Positions 20,180 through 30,291 are shown, counted from the stretch's first letter. The stretch: 64,000 bases of DNA from Actinobacteria bacterium UBA7524 (GCA_002478275.1 DLMY01000059.1:1-64000), one strand, 5' to 3'. The notes: a model not told the origin generated them from the letters alone. Numbers and translations are program-made.

Positions 20180-21505
20180 ATGTCAGAGGTCTTCGGGGTG
20201 ATAGCCCCTCATCCGCCGATCATGGTCGAGTCGGTCGGCGGTGCGGACTCAGAGGTCACGTCTGCTTCAGCCGAGGCCTTGCTCGAGGCGGCCGGACTGT
20301 TGCGGCGCTTCGGCCCCGAATCGGTCGTGATCATGTCGCCACATTCCCCCGGGGCTGCAGACGCCTTCGTCGTCGACACCGCGGAACGTTATTCGGGCAC
20401 CTTGTCACAATTCGGAGCACCCGAGACACATCTCACGTACCCCGGCGACCGGGAACTCGCTGACAGGATCCTCGCGGAACTGGACGCGCGAGGGATCGCC
20501 GGGCTCGACAAGGGAGCCGTCGCGTCCATGAACTCAGGGCACCTCGATCATGGGGTGATAGTGCCGATGAGCTTCCTGGACCCGGCGGGAACGTGGCCGA
20601 TCGTCGTACTGTCGCTCTCGTGGTTGCCTTACGCGGACCATGAAGAGCTCGGTCGCGCGGTCGCAGCGGCAGCCCGAGCGCTGGGTAGGCGGATCGCCTT
20701 CGTGGCGAGCGGGGACTGCTCTCATCGCCTGAAACCCGGTGCCCCCGCAGGCTATTCACAGCGCGCCGCCGAATTCGATGCTCTTCTAGTCGACCGCATC
20801 GCCGACTCCGATTTCGAGGCGCTCTCGCACATCGATCCCGACCTCGTCGACGAAGCAGGGGAGTGCGGGTTGCGCTCGTTCATCACGCTGGGCGCTGCGG
20901 CCGCGCCCGCCAAAGCGCGGGTGCTCGCCTACGAGGGGCCCTGGGGCGTGGGTTACCTGACTGCGGTCGTGAACGAAGGTGGCGTGTCGAAGGAAGCATC
21001 CACCAACGAGCTGGTCGACCTCGCCAGACGCACCATCGAGACCTACGTGAACGAAGGGCGTACGCTGGCTCCGCCACCTCTGTCGACCCCGGACCTCCCC
21101 GCACGGGCCGGCGCGTTCGTCTCGCTTCACCGGGGTGGCGAGTTGCGGGGATGCATCGGCACCATCGAACCGACGGAATCCGACCTTGCCCACGAAGTGG
21201 TGCGAAACGCCATACAGGCCGCCGTCTGCGACCCGCGCTTCCCGCCCCTCGAGGCCAGCGAACTCGCGGACCTCGACGTGAAGGTCGATGTACTGCACCC
21301 GACAGAAGGTTGCGAGTTCGCGGACCTGGACCCGAAACGCTACGGTGTCGTGGTGACGTGCGGACATCGCAGGGGGCTGCTCCTGCCAGACCTCGAAGGT
21401 GTGGACACCCCCGAGCAGCAAGTCACGATCGCATGCCGCAAAGCCGGCATCTCACCCGACGAACCCATCGTACTGGAGCGCTTCCGTGTCGACCGCCACA
21501 CCTGA
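20180..21505 (+). CDS. AmmeMemoRadiSam protein: LigB/Memo-like domain fused to an AMMECR1 domain
   Basis: N-terminal APHPP, SPH, LDHG, ASGDCSHRL, AGECGLRS, YEGPWGVGY; C-terminal GAFVSLH, LRGCIGT, DPRFPPL, GLLLPDLEGV. Confidence 0.9.
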   Translation: MSEVFGVIAPHPPIMVESVGGADSEVTSASAEALLEAAGLLRRFGPESVVIMSPHSPGAADAFVVDTAERYSGTLSQFGAPETHLTYPGDRELADRILAELDARGIAGLDKGAVASMNSGHLDHGVIVPMSFLDPAGTWPIVVLSLSWLPYADHEELGRAVAAAARALGRRIAFVASGDCSHRLKPGAPAGYSQRAAEFDALLVDRIADSDFEALSHIDPDLVDEAGECGLRSFITLGAAAAPAKARVLAYEGPWGVGYLTAVVNEGGVSKEASTNELVDLARRTIETYVNEGRTLAPPPLSTPDLPARAGAFVSLHRGGELRGCIGTIEPTESDLAHEVVRNAIQAAVCDPRFPPLEASELADLDVKVDVLHPTEGCEFADLDPKRYGVVVTCGHRRGLLLPDLEGVDTPEQQVTIACRKAGISPDEPIVLERFRVDRHT

Positions 21506-22469
21506 GGTTTCCTCGGCAAAGACGGTCATCGCGATCGTCGGGCCCACCGCCACAGGCAAGAGCCACATAGCAGAGCTTGTCGCCGCTGCGGTGGGCGGAG
21601 AAGTGGTGAGCGCGGACTCGATGCAGGTCTACCGGGGAATGGACATCGGGACCGCGAAGACGCCGCCCGAACGCCGTACGGTGCCCCTGCACTGCGTCGA
21701 CCTCGCTTCTCCAGGCGAGGAGTTCTCCGCGGCCCTCTTTCAACGCGCCGCGCGCGATGCCATCGACTCTGTCCGCAGTCGCAGCAACACTCCGGTCCTG
21801 ACCGGGGGTACCGGACTGTACGTGAGCGCCGCGCTCGATGACATGCACTTTCCGGCCGGCGAGCTCGATTCCGCCACGCGACGGGAACTGGAAGCGCTGG
21901 CCGAGAGCATCGGGGCGCAGGCGATGCACGAGCGCCTCACCGCGGTCGATCCGGACTCGGCGGCCCTCATACATCCCCACAACGTCCGCCGCACGATCCG
22001 CGCACTTGAGATGGCGGACTCCGGAGTCTCGTACGCCGAGCAGTCAGCGGGCCTGCGCAAGCCGGTGAGCTTCTACGATGCGTGTTTCCTCGGCCTGACG
22101 ATGAAGCGTGCCGCACTCTACGCGCGCATCGACGCGCGCGTAGACGCGATGTTGGATGCCGGACTTCTGGATGAGGTCCGAGGCCTGCTGGATGCGGGGC
22201 TTCGCGATGCGCTGACAGCGACGCAGGCGATCGGTTACAAGGAGCTCGTTCCCGTGCTCGATGGTCTGGCTGACCTCGACGAAGCCGTGGAGACCATCAA
22301 ACGCGAGACACGGCGTTACGCCAAACGGCAACTGACGTGGTTTCGACGTGACAGCCGCGTCGGCTGGGTAGACGTCACCGACTTGTCACCCGCACAGGCC
22401 GCAGAGAGTCTCCTGGGACTGATAGAATCAGGTGAACGGCCACCATATCCCGATTCTGAGGGGTTCTGA
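21486..22469 (+). CDS. miaA: tRNA dimethylallyltransferase
   Basis: GPTATGKS, SADSMQVYRGMDIGTAK, GGTGLY, AIGYKE, TRRYAKRQLTWFR. GTG 21486 chosen from a GGAG RBS; overlaps the upstream gene. Confidence 0.95.
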   Translation: MSTATPEVSSAKTVIAIVGPTATGKSHIAELVAAAVGGEVVSADSMQVYRGMDIGTAKTPPERRTVPLHCVDLASPGEEFSAALFQRAARDAIDSVRSRSNTPVLTGGTGLYVSAALDDMHFPAGELDSATRRELEALAESIGAQAMHERLTAVDPDSAALIHPHNVRRTIRALEMADSGVSYAEQSAGLRKPVSFYDACFLGLTMKRAALYARIDARVDAMLDAGLLDEVRGLLDAGLRDALTATQAIGYKELVPVLDGLADLDEAVETIKRETRRYAKRQLTWFRRDSRVGWVDVTDLSPAQAAESLLGLIESGERPPYPDSEGF

Positions 22470-22491
22470 GTACGACCGGAGGGGCATCACG

Positions 22492-23346
22492 ATGGACTTC
22501 ACCAAGATGCACGGTCTGGGCAACGACTTCGTCGTTATCGAGGACCTTGCCGAGGAATACGATTTCTCTCCCGAGGCCGTCCAGTGGATATGCCACAGGA
22601 ACTTCGGTGTAGGAGCTGACGGACTGATCCTCGTCCGCCCCGCGACCAACCCGGATGCCGACTACTTCATGCTGTACTACAACTCCGACGGCAGTCTCGC
22701 CGAGATGTGCGGTAACGGCGTGCGCTGTTTCGCGAAGTACGTCGTGGACCACGGCCTGGTCACCGCCGAGCAGGAGACGCTTCGGGTGCAGACGCTTGGA
22801 GGGGTCAGAGCGATAGAACTGTACTGTGACGAGAAGGGACGCATGACGGACGCGACCGTGGACATGGGCGAGCCTATCCTTCAACCGAGCCTCATACCCG
22901 CGTCGTTCGACGGCGACCTGGTATTCGAGTGCCCGGTCGAGACCTCGTTCGGCACGTTCGCGGTGACCGCCGTGTCGATGGGAAACCCGCATGCTGTCAT
23001 ATGGGTCGAGGACGTCGACACCGCACCGGTCGAGCTGGTCGGGCCGCTCATCGAGACCCACGAGATGTTCCCGGCCAAGACGAACGTCGAATTCGCTCAG
23101 GTCCTGGAGAACGACAGGATCCGCCTCAGGGTCTGGGAGCGCGGGGTGGGGGAGACGTTGGCTTGCGGCACCGGAGCCTGCGCCACGCTCGTCGCCGCGG
23201 TGCTCTCGTGCCAGACCGGACGAGAAGCCACGATCGAGCTGCCCGGAGGGGAGCTCCATATACGCTGGAGCGAGGACGAACACGTCTACATGACAGGCCC
23301 CGCCGCAGAGGTCTTCACGGGTTCTATCGTCATCGACGCCACGTGA
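22492..23346 (+). CDS. dapF: Diaminopimelate epimerase
   Basis: FTKMHGLGNDF, GVGADGL, NSDGSLAEMCGNG, SMGNPH, ERGVGETLACGTGACA. Confidence 0.97.
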   Translation: MDFTKMHGLGNDFVVIEDLAEEYDFSPEAVQWICHRNFGVGADGLILVRPATNPDADYFMLYYNSDGSLAEMCGNGVRCFAKYVVDHGLVTAEQETLRVQTLGGVRAIELYCDEKGRMTDATVDMGEPILQPSLIPASFDGDLVFECPVETSFGTFAVTAVSMGNPHAVIWVEDVDTAPVELVGPLIETHEMFPAKTNVEFAQVLENDRIRLRVWERGVGETLACGTGACATLVAAVLSCQTGREATIELPGGELHIRWSEDEHVYMTGPAAEVFTGSIVIDAT

Positions 23347-23446
23347 TACCATAACCCAACGTCTGCACGCAGGAAACGCCTGCGAGAGCAGCGAAACCGG
23401 CGCGTGAGCGCGCGACCGGCCCCGACACGAAAGGGATGTACGCACC

Positions 23447-24604
23447 GTGAGGACTGCACAGCGCATCGCCAACCTTCCCCCGTACCTGTTCGCTGAGATC
23501 GATCGCAAGAAGGAGGCGAAGCTGGCGCAGGGCATCGACGTCATCTCCCTGGGCATCGGCGACCCCGACATGCCCACACCAGACAACATCATCGACGCGA
23601 TGGCAGACGCCATACGCGTTCCCGGCAACCACCAGTATCCCAGCTACTTCGGGGCGAAGCGCTACCGCGAGGCCTGCGCCGAGTGGATGGACCGCCGATT
23701 CGGGGTCCAGGTCGACGCGGACACCGAAGTCCTTGCGCTCATCGGGTCCAAGGAGGGCATCGCCCACATCTTCCTCGCCTACGTCGATCCCGGTGACGTG
23801 ACCCTGGTGCCGGGATGCGGCTATCCCGTCTATCACACGGGCGGCATCCTCGCAGGCGGGGATAGCTGGTTCATGCCCATGAACGAGGAGAACGACTTCC
23901 TCGCCGACTTCGAGAGCTGCCCCGCTGACGTTCTTGCCAGGGCGAAGATGATGTTCATCTCGTACCCGAACAACCCGACCTCGGCGATCGCCACTCCCGA
24001 GTACTTCGACAAGGCCATCGCGTTCGCACGCGAACACGACCTGCTGTTGATCCACGACAACGCCTACAGCGAGATCGGGTTCGACGGGTACCGCCCCCCG
24101 AGCCTGTTGGAGCGGCCCGGCGCCAAGGACGTCGCCATCGAGCTGTTCAGCTGCAGCAAGGCCTACAACATGACCGGTTGGCGTATCGCTTTCGCCGCAG
24201 GCAACCCGTCTGTCATCAAGTCCCTCGGGACCGTCAAGAGCAACATCGACTCCGGCGCGTTCACCGCAGTACAGGACGCCGCGATCGAGGCGATGCTCGG
24301 ACCCCAGGACATCACCTTCGAGATGTCCGATCTCTACCAGCGCAGGCGCGACCTGGTCATGTCGGCTCTTTCCGACATCGGTCTGTCGGCCCGCACCCCC
24401 AAAGGCACGATCTACGTGTGGGCGAAGGTACCCGATGGCTTCGATTCGGCCGGTTTCGCCGCCAAGGTGCTCGAAGAAGCCAACGTCATCGTCGCACCGG
24501 GCAATGCATACGGCCCCAGCGGCGAAGGCTACATCCGCATCTCACTGGCCACCCCGGATGAGCGCCTGACCGAGGCGATCGACCGCATCAAGAACACCCT
24601 CTAG
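23447..24604 (+). CDS. dapL: LL-diaminopimelate aminotransferase (class I/II PLP enzyme)
   Basis: LPPYLFAEID, SLGIGDPD, LIGSKEGI, YPNNPT, HDNAYSE, SCSKAYNMTGWR; follows dapF. Confidence 0.82.
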   Translation: MRTAQRIANLPPYLFAEIDRKKEAKLAQGIDVISLGIGDPDMPTPDNIIDAMADAIRVPGNHQYPSYFGAKRYREACAEWMDRRFGVQVDADTEVLALIGSKEGIAHIFLAYVDPGDVTLVPGCGYPVYHTGGILAGGDSWFMPMNEENDFLADFESCPADVLARAKMMFISYPNNPTSAIATPEYFDKAIAFAREHDLLLIHDNAYSEIGFDGYRPPSLLERPGAKDVAIELFSCSKAYNMTGWRIAFAAGNPSVIKSLGTVKSNIDSGAFTAVQDAAIEAMLGPQDITFEMSDLYQRRRDLVMSALSDIGLSARTPKGTIYVWAKVPDGFDSAGFAAKVLEEANVIVAPGNAYGPSGEGYIRISLATPDERLTEAIDRIKNTL

Positions 24605-24619
24605 GAGACTCGGCATCGC

Positions 24620-25915
24620 ATGAGCGGGCGCGGCAGACCGCCCGAATGGGAGAGAGATGACAGCAGGCAACGTGCTGTTCTCGTCGGCGTCGACCTCGGC
24701 AACAGGGACTGGCCTGTCGAGGAGTCCCTCGCCGAACTCGAACGTCTCGTGTACACGGTCGGCGCCGATGCCGTCGCGGTCGCGACGCAGCGACTCGACC
24801 GTATCGACCCGCGCACGTTCATCGGACCGGGCAAGGCCGAGGAAGTACTCCAGCTTGCCAAGGCCAATGCGGCAGATGTGGTGGTCTTCGACGACGACCT
24901 GTCTCCTCGGCAGCAGGCCAACCTGGAGGACATCATCCCTGACGTCCGGGTTCTCGACCGCACCGGCCTGATTCTCGACATATTCGGCCTGCACGCGGTA
25001 AGCCGTGAAGGTAAGCTCCAGGTCGAGCTTGCGCAGCTCGAGTACGTTCTCCCGAGGTTGCGGGGCATGTGGGGCCACCTCGTGCGCGAGCGGCTCGGAG
25101 GCGGCAGGGGAGCGCGGTTCGGCGCAGGAGAATCGCAGCTGGAGACGGACCGCAGGCTCGCGCGCAAGCGGATCGCCGACCTCAAGAAGGAGCTCAAGCA
25201 GGTATCTGCCGCCCGCAGCGTCCAGCGCAAGGCTCGTGCGGGAAGCGGTGTGTACCGCGTCTCGCTCGTCGGCTACACCAATGCCGGGAAGTCGACGTTG
25301 CTCAACGCGCTTACCGGCGACGATGTGCTCGCCTACGACATGCTCTTCGCGACTCTCGACTCCACGACACGCAAACTCACGCTGCCCGATGGGCGTGAGT
25401 GCACGCTCACAGACACCGTCGGCTTCATCCACAAGCTGCCGCACGGCCTGGTCGAGGCGTTCAAATCGACCCTCGATGAGGTCCGTGAGGCGCAGCTGCT
25501 GCTCCACGTGGTCGACGGGTCTCACCCTCAGGCAGAACCCCAGATGCGCGCCGTCGACGCCGTTCTGGCCGAGATCGGGGCGGATCAGACCCCCCGCGTG
25601 ATCGTCATCAACAAGACTGACTCCATGAGCGAGGAGACACGCGCCTTCCTGGGCCGTCGCTACGCCGAAGCGGTGTTCGTCTCCGCCGCTGAAAGCAAGG
25701 GTCTGGATGAGCTGCTGGAGCGCGTAGCCAGCGAGGCCGTGACCGGAAGCCGGACGCTCGACCTGCTCGTTCCGTATACCCGGGGAGATATCGTCATGCT
25801 CGCCCACGAACGGGCTCATGTCGTGTCGGAAGAGCACGTGGAAGACGGTACGCTGCTCACCGTACAGGTCTCCTCGGACGTCTCCGCGAAGTTCGAGCCG
25901 TTCGCGCGGAGCTGA
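24620..25915 (+). CDS. hflX: GTPase HflX
   Basis: LILDIF, EGKLQVELAQL, GAGESQLETDRR, GYTNAGKSTL, LFATLD, DTVGFI, NKTD. Confidence 0.97.
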   Translation: MSGRGRPPEWERDDSRQRAVLVGVDLGNRDWPVEESLAELERLVYTVGADAVAVATQRLDRIDPRTFIGPGKAEEVLQLAKANAADVVVFDDDLSPRQQANLEDIIPDVRVLDRTGLILDIFGLHAVSREGKLQVELAQLEYVLPRLRGMWGHLVRERLGGGRGARFGAGESQLETDRRLARKRIADLKKELKQVSAARSVQRKARAGSGVYRVSLVGYTNAGKSTLLNALTGDDVLAYDMLFATLDSTTRKLTLPDGRECTLTDTVGFIHKLPHGLVEAFKSTLDEVREAQLLLHVVDGSHPQAEPQMRAVDAVLAEIGADQTPRVIVINKTDSMSEETRAFLGRRYAEAVFVSAAESKGLDELLERVASEAVTGSRTLDLLVPYTRGDIVMLAHERAHVVSEEHVEDGTLLTVQVSSDVSAKFEPFARS

Positions 25916-25918
25916 GAG

Positions 25919-26545
25919 CTACACGATACGGCGGAAGAGCGCGACGACCTTGCCGAGAATGGCCAGTTCAGTGGCGTAGATCGGCTCCATTGTCGGGTTC
26001 TCCGGCTGCAGCCTGACCCTGTGCCCCTCGTGATAGAAGCGCTTGACCGTCGCCTCGTCCTCGATGAGTGCCACGACGATGTCGCCGTTGACCGCGGTGC
26101 TCTGCTGCCGGACCACCACGTGATCGCCGTCCAGTATCCCCGCGTCGATCATCGAGTCCCCGCGGACCTTCAGGATGAACGTCGTTTCGTCGGCGACTTC
26201 CGAGGGCAGGCTCATCGTGCCCTCGATGTTCTCTGATGCCAGGATGGGGGCGCCTGCCGCAACGGTTCCTACGATCGGTACCGCCCGCACCTGGCCGTAG
26301 TCCACGCCGCGCTCGGTGTCCCGAAAGTCGAAGACCTCCAACGCTCTGGGCTTGGAGGGGTCGCGCCTGATGTAGCCCTTGGACTCCAGCGCAGAGAGAT
26401 GCGAATGGACGGTGGAAGAGGAGGACAGGCCGACCGCTTCCCCGATCTCGCGGACCGAGGGAGGGAAGCCCTTCCTGTGTATCTCCGCGCGTATGAAGTC
26501 CAAGACCTCCTGCTGGCGCTTGGTGAGACTCCTGGCGTAGGCCAT
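25919..26545 (-). CDS. lexA: SOS repressor LexA
   Basis: [15 protein letters not shown] cleavage site, VRGDSMI (Ser), EATVKRF (Lys). Confidence 0.98.
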   Translation of the reverse strand: MAYARSLTKRQQEVLDFIRAEIHRKGFPPSVREIGEAVGLSSSSTVHSHLSALESKGYIRRDPSKPRALEVFDFRDTERGVDYGQVRAVPIVGTVAAGAPILASENIEGTMSLPSEVADETTFILKVRGDSMIDAGILDGDHVVVRQQSTAVNGDIVVALIEDEATVKRFYHEGHRVRLQPENPTMEPIYATELAILGKVVALFRRIV

Positions 26546-26561
26546 CTCTACCCCCTGATAC

Positions 26562-26706
26562 CGAAAGTATGTTCGGTATCAGTCTAGCGGGACGACGACC
26601 CGGATGCAAACAAACGTTCGCATGCGCGGCCGTCGGGTCTTGTGTAAGAGTCCGGGTTTGCATACGAACACGTGTTCGGTATATCATGCAGACGAACATA
26701 TGTTCG
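26562..26706. promoter_or_regulatory. Four LexA boxes in the divergent lexA / LysM promoter region
   Basis: CGAAAGTATGTTCG 26562-26575, CAAACAAACGTTCG 26607-26620, CGAACACGTGTTCG 26665-26678, CGAACATATGTTCG 26693-26706. TTGCAT (26658) and TATCAT (26682) flank box 3. Confidence 0.9.
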
Positions 26707-26795
26707 TCCCCATCGACCACGCGGGTGATGGGATGTCAGACCCGTAGCGTAGATTCGAACCCGAAGTACCGGCCGAAGCGCAAGGGGAGTCAGAG

Positions 26796-27161
26796 ATGGA
26801 CAGAGCGAACGATCGTACACCCACACAGAGGCAGGCCGCCCACGTGGCGACAGCCATTCGACTCGACGCGACAGAGGCGCTACTGGTTGCAGCGGTCGTA
26901 ATAGCCCTCCTGTACGCACTGACAGTCGCGGTGGCCCGTCCCGGAGCACCCGCCGATGTCCCGACCACGACTATCCGGGTCTCCGACACACAGACGCTCT
27001 GGTCACTCGCTTCCGAGTACCGGGTTTCCGGATTCAGCACCGCACAGACCGCGGAACTGATCAAGGACCTCAACGGCATGGATGACTCGTCACTCCAGGC
27101 CGGCGCGCGGATCCTCGTGCCGGCCACCACCGAGCTGGCTACCGCTCTGGCCTTACGCTAG
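26796..27161 (+). CDS. Membrane-anchored LysM protein, probable SOS cell-division inhibitor (YneA/ChiZ/DivS-like)
   Basis: One TM helix, then VSDTQTLWSLASEY...IKDLNGM...LQAGARILVP; divergent from lexA and upstream of nrdR. Confidence 0.85.
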   Translation: MDRANDRTPTQRQAAHVATAIRLDATEALLVAAVVIALLYALTVAVARPGAPADVPTTTIRVSDTQTLWSLASEYRVSGFSTAQTAELIKDLNGMDDSSLQAGARILVPATTELATALALR

Positions 27162-27247
27162 ATGCAGGCGATGTGACACGGAGGGACGCTGCCTGCATCG
27201 ATCTGCACTTCGAAATCAGGCGAAAAGTTGACCGAAACCGCTTCCTT

Positions 27248-27294
27248 ACACCATATCTTGTGTGTTAGTGTTCTTGAAAGCCAAGATATAGGGG
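27248..27294 (+). promoter_or_regulatory. Tandem NrdR boxes
   Basis: ACACCATATCTTGTGT (27248-27263) and AGCCAAGATATAGGGG (27279-27294), 31 nt apart; match acaCwAtATaTwGtgt. Confidence 0.85.
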
Positions 27295-27299
27295 GAGCC

Positions 27300-27746
27300 A
27301 TGCGGTGCCCGTTTTGCGCTCACGCTGAGACCAAAGTGGTCGATTCACGTGTCTCGGAGTCACAGGATGCCATCCGCAGGCGCCGTGAATGCCTGAAATG
27401 CCAGCAACGCTTCACCACTTACGAGCGCCGCGAAGAGATGCCTCTCATGGTCGTGAAGAGGGACGGATCGACCGAACCGTTCGACCGCGGCAAACTCCTG
27501 CGGGGGCTCGTCGTCGCGACAGCGAAGCGCAACGTGCCGACCGAACGGCTTGAAGCCCTCATCGACGACATCGAAGGTGAACTCCACAATACGCTGCGTT
27601 ACGAGATCACCGCTCGCGAACTCGGCGACATGGTCCTGAAGTTCCTCAAGAACCTCGACCGGGTGGCCTACATCCGGTTCGCCTCGGTCTACAAGTCCTT
27701 CCAGGACCTCGACGAGTTCTACCAGGAGCTGCGAGACATCGAATGA
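27300..27746 (+). CDS. nrdR: Transcriptional repressor NrdR
   Basis: MRCPFC...KVVDSR, IRRRRECLKC..RFTTYER, ATP cone, DRVAYIRFASVY. Confidence 0.98.
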   Translation: MRCPFCAHAETKVVDSRVSESQDAIRRRRECLKCQQRFTTYERREEMPLMVVKRDGSTEPFDRGKLLRGLVVATAKRNVPTERLEALIDDIEGELHNTLRYEITARELGDMVLKFLKNLDRVAYIRFASVYKSFQDLDEFYQELRDIE

Positions 27747-27828
27747 CCGAACAGGGCGACGAACACGACGTCCCTGTTACCTGAACGGCCGGCCAACACA
27801 ACGAGAGCGATACGAGAGAGGCGAGAAC

Positions 27829-29988
27829 ATGGTGATGGAACGAGCGGTGACAGTGCTAAGACCCTCTGGATCCGTTCCCGGTGCGGACGCCACCGACATC
27901 GCTTTGCTCGTCTCCACCGCCTCGCGCCAGGAGATCGACGAGTGGGACTGCACCAAGATCTCCGACTCTCTGGTCAAGGAGGCGGGTATCGAACCTCATC
28001 TCGCTGAGGAGATCGCTGACGCCGTCGAGTCACGCATCGATGGCACCAACCTCATGACTGTGACCACCGCGATCATCCGAGAGATGGTCGACCTGGAGCT
28101 GCTCGAGCGTGGCATGACGACAGCTCACAAGAAGCACAGCCACCTTGGACTCCCGATGTGGGATGTCGAGCAGATAATCACGAACGCCAACAAGGAGAAC
28201 TCGAACACGACACACAACCCGGAGAGCATCAACCTCACCATCGCAGAGACCATCCTCAAGGAGTTCGCTCTGCGAAAGGTGTTCAGCGAGGACGTTGCCG
28301 AAGCTCATTATGTCGGTGACGTGCACCTCCACGACCTCGGCTTCATCATCAGGCCCTACTGCGGTGGCCACTCGCTGGAGTACATCAAGAAGTACGGTCT
28401 CAACCTCCCGAACATCACGAGCGTCTCGAAGCCCGCGAAGCACGCTGAGGTCCTGATCGGCCACATGGTCAAGATGGCGAGCGCGCTGCAGGCCCACTAC
28501 GCCGGAGCCGTAGGGTGGGAAGCTGTCAACGTCTTCTTCGCCCCGTACCTGGTCGGCAAGTCAGACGAGGAGATCGACCAGCTCGCCCAGATGCTCATCT
28601 TCGAGTTCAACCAGCTTGCCGGTGCGCGGGGAAGCCAGGTGGTCTTCACCGACTTCAATCTGTACTACAACATCCCCGAGCACTTCGCCGATACCCCGGC
28701 CATCGGCCCCGGTGGGGTCTACACCGGAAAGACCTACAGTGACTACGAGAAGGAAGCCCAGGCCTTCATCAGGGCCATGTTCAACGTCTACCTACGCGGC
28801 GACGCACACGGCAAGACGTTCGTCTTCCCCAAGCCTCTACTCCACATCGGCGATGGTTTCTTCCGGACGCAGGGACACGAGGAGTTCCTCGAGCTCGCGT
28901 GCGAAGTCGCCAGTAAGCAGGGAATCACGTACTTCGTGTTCGACCGTGGAGACGAGGTCACCGTCTCCCAGTGCTGCCGGCTCAAACTCAAGCTCAGCGA
29001 AGAGCAGCTCAGTGAGACCGTGACTCCGGAGCGGATGCGTTTCTCTGCGCTCCAGAACGTGACCATCAACCTGCCCCGCATCGCATACAAGGCGCAAGGC
29101 AACGACCAGGCGCTGTTCATGGAGCTCAACCGCGCACTCGAACTCGTCGCCAAGGCCCACGTCCAGAAGCGCGACTTCATCCAGGATCTCTTCGATCTGG
29201 GCGCCGAAGGTCCGCTAGGCCTGCTCACCCAGAACATCGACGGCGACCCGTATCTCAAGATGGACAGACTGACGTATCTGGCAGGACTGATCGGTCTCAA
29301 CGAGCTCGTCCAGATACACACCGGGCAGCAGCTCCATTCCTCGAACGAGGCCCTGAGGTTCGGTCTCAAGGTCATCTCGGCCATGAATCTGAAGTGCAAG
29401 GAACTCTCGGAGCGTCATGGCATCAACCTCGTCCTCGAAGAGAGTCCTGCCGAATCAGCCGGCTACAGGCTTGCGAAGCTCGATATGAAGTACTGGCCGG
29501 CGCAGGCTGCAGAGGTAGTCAAGGGCGATCTCGCCTCGGGCAACTACTACTACACCAACTCCGTGCACATCGCGGTCGACGCGGATGTCGACTACATCGA
29601 GCGTGTGGAGAAGCAGTCTCGTTTCCATCCTTTGATCGAGGCCGGGGCGATCGTCCACGTGTGGCTCGGAGAGCACGAACCGGAGCCTTCCTCCATCAGG
29701 TCGTTCGTTGAGAAGACCTTCCGCAACACCCAGTGCTCGCAGATCGCCTTCAGTCCTGAGTTCACGGTATGTGAGGGCTGCAGAAGGACGACCCGGGGAC
29801 TCAAAGCACAGTGCCCGCTCTGCGGCTCGCTGGACGTCTACGGGGTCACTCGTATCGTCGGGTACTTCTCCAAGATCCAGACATGGAACAAGTCGAAGGT
29901 CGGAGAGCTCTACGAACGTGTCCGTACCGATCTGGGTAGTGCCGCAGGCGCTCCCGAATGTCGCTCAGTCGGTGAACCCGCAGCCTGA
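27829..29988 (+). CDS. nrdD: Anaerobic (class III) ribonucleoside-triphosphate reductase
   Basis: N-terminal ATP-cone-like region, KENSN, HLHDL, RPYC, SQCCRL, TINLPR, YYTNS, Zn CEGC/CPLC, glycyl-radical TRIVGY. Confidence 0.96.
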   Translation: MVMERAVTVLRPSGSVPGADATDIALLVSTASRQEIDEWDCTKISDSLVKEAGIEPHLAEEIADAVESRIDGTNLMTVTTAIIREMVDLELLERGMTTAHKKHSHLGLPMWDVEQIITNANKENSNTTHNPESINLTIAETILKEFALRKVFSEDVAEAHYVGDVHLHDLGFIIRPYCGGHSLEYIKKYGLNLPNITSVSKPAKHAEVLIGHMVKMASALQAHYAGAVGWEAVNVFFAPYLVGKSDEEIDQLAQMLIFEFNQLAGARGSQVVFTDFNLYYNIPEHFADTPAIGPGGVYTGKTYSDYEKEAQAFIRAMFNVYLRGDAHGKTFVFPKPLLHIGDGFFRTQGHEEFLELACEVASKQGITYFVFDRGDEVTVSQCCRLKLKLSEEQLSETVTPERMRFSALQNVTINLPRIAYKAQGNDQALFMELNRALELVAKAHVQKRDFIQDLFDLGAEGPLGLLTQNIDGDPYLKMDRLTYLAGLIGLNELVQIHTGQQLHSSNEALRFGLKVISAMNLKCKELSERHGINLVLEESPAESAGYRLAKLDMKYWPAQAAEVVKGDLASGNYYYTNSVHIAVDADVDYIERVEKQSRFHPLIEAGAIVHVWLGEHEPEPSSIRSFVEKTFRNTQCSQIAFSPEFTVCEGCRRTTRGLKAQCPLCGSLDVYGVTRIVGYFSKIQTWNKSKVGELYERVRTDLGSAAGAPECRSVGEPAA

Positions 29989-30029
29989 AAGACCAGTCCG
30001 TAACGCAAAGCACGACTCAAGGAGGCAAC

Positions 30030-30275
30030 GTGCACGTCAAGCTCTTCGTCAAGGACGATTGTCCCCGGTGCCCTGCGGCCAAGCACGCGCTCCGCGACTT
30101 CGATGCGGTCCAGGTCTTCGACGTCGGCGAGATCGACGGGTTGGCGGAAGCCTCCTTCCACGGCATCCTGGCTACCCCGTCGACGCTCATCGTCGACTCT
30201 GCCGGCGTGGAGGTCGAGGGCTGGCGCGGCGAGGTTCCCGATCCGGCTCGCATACGCGAGCTCCTGGCCCAGTAG
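30030..30275 (+). CDS. Small thioredoxin/glutaredoxin-like redoxin (NrdH-like)
   Basis: KLFVKDDCPRCPAAK, GLAEA...ILATPS; AAGGAGG RBS; lies between nrdD and nrdG. Confidence 0.85.
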   Translation: MHVKLFVKDDCPRCPAAKHALRDFDAVQVFDVGEIDGLAEASFHGILATPSTLIVDSAGVEVEGWRGEVPDPARIRELLAQ

Positions 30276-30291
30276 GCCTCGGGGCGCGCAC

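Noticed and set aside
26562..26706. Repeated CGAAC-N4-GTTCG units as a CRISPR or repeat array
   Set aside because: Only 14 bp long with irregular spacing; fully explained as LexA boxes. No cas genes.
27161..27199. Hairpin GATGCAGGC...GCCTGCATC after the LysM gene
   Set aside because: Probably an ordinary terminator-like stem; long loop and nothing else to suggest an RNA gene.
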